A stretch of DNA of 64,000 nucleotides from contig CDLV01000004.1 in assembly GCA_001244265.2 (NCBI GenBank), positions 2,294,001 to 2,358,000 on the forward strand. The letters run 5' to 3'. The stretch is from Microbotryum violaceum (taxonomy: Eukaryota). Below, piece after piece: positions 59,918-64,000 of the stretch. How positions within the stretch are numbered: position 1 is the first letter of the stretch; each line of letters opens with the position of its first letter. The translations under genes and the position numbers were made by a program. The notes under the pieces are model-generated. The model ran no database searches and was not told the DNA's origin. It worked only from the letters and a program-made list of their open reading frames with translations.

Positions 59918-61859
59918 ATTTGTCTGTTACCGTTCGTTGTCGTTTGTTCGTTCCGTGGGTGTGTCGCTGGCGCACGTGGCAGTGTGCGTCTTTGACCGGT
60001 GTGAAAAAAAAAGTGTAATACACCCCATTGGAGTGTACACCTCAGCAACAACGACAAGGATCACAGGACCAAAGTATGTAGAATTGACACTGGACACTCG
60101 TATCAGTCACTGGTATGACAATGCCTTCTGATCCACCTTGTGCTCACCTGGACACTCGTATCAGTCGCTGAAGAGAGACTAAGAGTGCCCAGGCACGCGT
60201 CCCCTCTTCCTAAGGCCCAGGCGCACGGGCCTTACACCTTGTTGTCGCCGCTCAGGTGTACACTCCAACGGGGTGTATTACAACACAATCCAGGTTGGAC
60301 TTGTCGAGGCTAAGGCGCATCTTGCCTGATGTCGCTCGGTCCATTCTGCAAGCACCTTGATCATTCAGTATGAGGTTGAATTGAAGGAACAAAAGAATGA
60401 CAGTACTCACTGCAGTTTTCGGCTTGTGGATGCGCCGATTGTAGCCTGCAGCACTCTCAGAGCCATCGGAGACGCCAGCGCCATGGCTTGCTCGAAGTCA
60501 CGCAGCGCTTCGGACCGCACAAAGCCTCGCATTGATTTGCCCTTGACGATCTGATCGTGCTTGACCATAGCCGCTTTCACTAATCCCCCCAAGATGTTTG
60601 CTCCGTCAAATTCTCCTGAGGCCACACCTTGCGCAAATTGTAGATACACGGTCCCTTGACCGTTGTCATCCAGGATTTCTTCTAGTCCATGATGTCACCG
60701 GTAGATGGCCAAGAGAAGTGTATCGCCCGCAACATATTTCTTGTTGGTGTATTTGCGAGTTGCGCCAGCAGCATATTGACGTCGAAGAGCTGCTCAACAG
60801 GATGAATCCTTAGGAAGCCTTGCGCATTCTTCACACGGTAAGCTTGGTCCGTCCTTGTTGATCAAATCTCGAGCGCTATACTTGCGACAGTTCACACTGA
60901 TGATGCGCCGTGCTCAATGATCGTTGCGCCACTTCCATTCATTTGCTTCCAATTTGTCCACCTCCTTCCTCTCGAGCTCCGTCATTGGTCGTTTACCAAT
61001 TTTGGGATAGAGGCGCAAACAAAGTGTCTGTCGAGGAGGGGCCCCGCCACCCTGCACCACAGTTGATGAAAGATAATGCATCGCCTTTTCAGACGTAAGG
61101 CCGGGGCATGGTCCTAGCAAGGGGCTGGTAGCAGTTGAGCCAGAGGCAATAGGTCTGAAGAAATTGCTGATGGGTTGGAGGTTGGCACACTTCTTATTGC
61201 CGAGATGTAATTGAAATTGTGCCTTGCACAGCAAGGCCGCCATTGGAACCAAGACATAACAATGTCCACACCGCACGTACTTTGGATTTTTGACATCAAC
61301 ATTCAATCCCAGGCAAAGATCTTCAACTTTTTCAGCAAACCTCCTGAAAAGAGGCGGATGGTCGCGAGCCCACGTTGTATGCTCCTCAGGGGTGAGCTCT
61401 TGAGCTTTTGTCAGCTTCGATGCCTTGGTGAAGGTCATTTGAAGTCGAGAAGTTGGCGGGTTTTTTGAGGATGATGCGACTTGTTGATTTGTTGGCTTGG
61501 TTGTTGGTGCCTTGCCGGACTCTGCCGATGTGCTCTTGCTGCTCAGTGTTCCGGCAGCGGATCTCCCAGACTTTGCCTTTGATTTTGTGCCCTTGATAAC
61601 AATGGATTCAATCTCTTTGGGATCCTCGACAGCACCAACCAGAGAGGATAAACGACAGAATTGACGGAGCCGTGACATGTGAGCGCGCGCTGCGTTGAAT
61701 GACCCAATCCGAGCACCTCCGTCTCCACTGCATTGATCGTAGCCGGCCCGCACAAGTAGCTGTTTTCCTGTTGTTCCGCCTTAGGATTATGAGGGAACTC
61801 GTTTCTGATGTCCAGCTTCAGAAATTTGAATAGCGTAAGGACGGCCGTCCAAGTAGTTA

Positions 61860-64000
61860 AGACCCACTTCGCATGATTGATCGCTAGATGCCAAGGCCGA
61901 TCAATCAAGCCAAAGCCGCCGTGATCGAGAGGGGTGCAGAGGCGCAACCGGGAGACCTTCGGACGTCGCTGAGTACCATCCGAAGCTCGACCGTGAATGG
62001 CGAGCATGGCGGCCTCCTCGATCTCCTTGACAATGCTCTTGGGGCGAAGAGGAATCGGCTGTAGTACAGGATCTTTGTGTAGCAGTAGATGTTGATGATC
62101 GAACACTTGGCTGCATATGGGAGATCGTACATCGGAATCGAGCGTATCCGAGCGATGGTCAAGGCCTTGACATCTTCCCAGCCCGCATCCTCGGCGATCT
62201 CCACCCCGACCTGAATACCAAGGTAGCGAAACTGCGAATCGCTGAGACGCCAGGTCCCGATCTGGGGCGATCGACCGATCCCGAAAAGCTCCAAGGGGGT
62301 AGAGGAAAGATTTGACGTTGCTGAGCTTGCTGGCACTTGCCCGTTCGTAAAGCTCGATCGCCCGATTGAGGTGGTCGAGGTCCGAGAGGTTGTGGAGTGC
62401 GCAGCAAGCGTCGTCGGCAAAAAGGAGTTCGCGAACGTTTTGGAGGCCCGCAGTATCGATGCCCTTGACTCTGAATCGAATCTGACAGGCAAAACCTTCG
62501 ATCGCCAGGACGAAGAGAGACGGAGCCAAAGGATCACCTTGCCGAATGCCCGACAGGATGTCGAAAGTGGCAGAGAGCCAACCGTTGAGGAAGATCGAGG
62601 CAGATTGATTGGTGTAGGTCGCTCGGTACCATTGGCGGGCTTTGGGGCCGAGGCCAACGGCGCAGAGGACTGCATCAAGGTACGGGTGGGAAAGACGATT
62701 GTAAGCCTTTTCAAAGTCCATCACCGCTAGCATGCCAGACACGGGTGTTGAGCCTGGAAGTCCAGGGTCCATGAGACATTGGACCTCAGCGATGTTCGTG
62801 CCGATCCAACGGTTCGGAGCAAAGCCACGTTGGGTTGGGCCAATCAGGAACTCGAGCAGGGGAGCGAGGCGCTGGTTGTGGGCTTGCGAGATGATGCGCT
62901 TGTCTGCATTGATAAGCGATATGGGGTGTTTGTTCGAGAGCTGATCCCTCTCGCCGCATTTGTGGATGAGATGGATGTGGGCGGTGTTGCGGGGAAGAGG
63001 TCCAGGCTGACGGGCCTCGGTGGGGATCGAGTTGATGACGTCTCGAAGAATTGGGCCAGTGGCCGGCCACGTAGCGCGATAGAACTCAACCGGGAGGCTG
63101 TCAGGCTCTGGCAAAGAGTTCGACTTACACGCCTCTTTGAGCCTTTGTCATCTCCTCCAACGGGTACGTTTCCTCGAGCTTGAATGAGTCCGCGGGGAAG
63201 AGGCGAGTTGGAGCGAGGCCGTCGGTGATCGCCTTCAGGGCCGCGTCATCGATGGGGCGGTCCTCATAGACCCGCTCGAAGTAGTCGCTGGCCGCTCCAA
63301 GCATCGAATCAGGGTCGGAATGAACATCATCGTTGACCGTGAGCGGAGGGATCAGGTCGGATGCTCGCACTTTGCGCAGGCGGATGAAGATGGAAGAGGG
63401 ACCCGCCAGAGATGGGTCGAGGCGGGACCGCAGGGCCGCGCCGTAGCGCGAGTGGTCAGCCCTCTCTTGCTCCGACCCGCCACGACGGAACCGAGCGAAA
63501 GTCCGGGCCAGAGCCTGCAGCTCGGGCAGCAGGCGGTGTTTGGTGGACGTCCAAGCTGCTGGTGGATCGTTGGGCGTCTGGAGGAGGGCTTTGTTGTAAA
63601 GGGTGCGGACAATGGAGGTGAGGTACTCGCAGGTCGCGTCGCCCTCGATCACGTGCAAACCCAGCTTGAATTTGCCCGGACCGATGTCAATTGTGCCCGG
63701 CACTTGGAACCGTGCCACAACCATCGAGTGCGTCGATTTGAAACAACGAACACAGTCAACAATACCATTTTGAATACGACGAATCGATCGGCCCAGTACC
63801 GGTGGCCTTACAGGAGCGCAGATTGGAGAAAAGAGAGGCACGCTTATGGTCTTCATTGATTGACTGCACATTGGTAGCAACAAAAGACATGTTTGGGATC
63901 TTAGTTGTGCTCATCATCTTGGTCCATAGCGTCTTCCACGTCCTTGGGAGGTGCTTCTTCGTCGGCCTCGTCGGCGGCGTTGGCGTCATCGGGTCGGGCT
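61860..64000 (-). mobile_element. Third long LINE copy, 3'-truncated at ~61860, endonuclease region partly deleted, runs off the window
   Basis: Colinear with 42860-44740 and 45368-45570. Confidence 0.95.
63741..63812 (-). repeat. Remnant of a third Gypsy-type LTR replacing ~0.6 kb of the LINE endonuclease region
   Basis: Non-LINE segment starting TGTAAGGCC on the minus strand; both other Gypsy LTRs here also start TGTAAGG. Confidence 0.5.

Overview
Eukaryotic, intron-containing fungal DNA. Splice signals, gene content and the CpG/TCG-biased C>T/G>A decay of repeats point to a basidiomycete, probably Microbotryomycetes (inference). The first ~30 kb holds about eight host genes or fragments: an NDUFA11/NUO-21.3 complex I subunit, a small secreted protein, a conserved basidiomycete hypothetical, a 5'-truncated ALKBH6, a DUF202-like membrane protein and three single-TM orphans. 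They are interrupted by a TIR element, a tandem Helitron carrying a full Copia, and a pogo-type derivative. From ~29.8 kb onward the window is an almost continuous nest of transposons: a Mutator-like element encoding a SWIM finger and a Ulp1 SUMO protease plus an inverted deletion derivative, four copies of one L1/Tx1-like LINE, two P-like elements with bipartite termini, a chromoviral Ty3/Gypsy inserted backwards into a solo LTR of its own family, and one-sided Gypsy and Copia fragments. Inside this nest is a full-length U2 snRNA-like gene whose branch-point recognition sequence reads GUAGCA instead of GUAGUA, which would pair perfectly with the GCU(A/G)A branch sites common in this window's introns. 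All alignments and counts were done by eye. Many frameshifts fall in homopolymers and may be sequencing errors.
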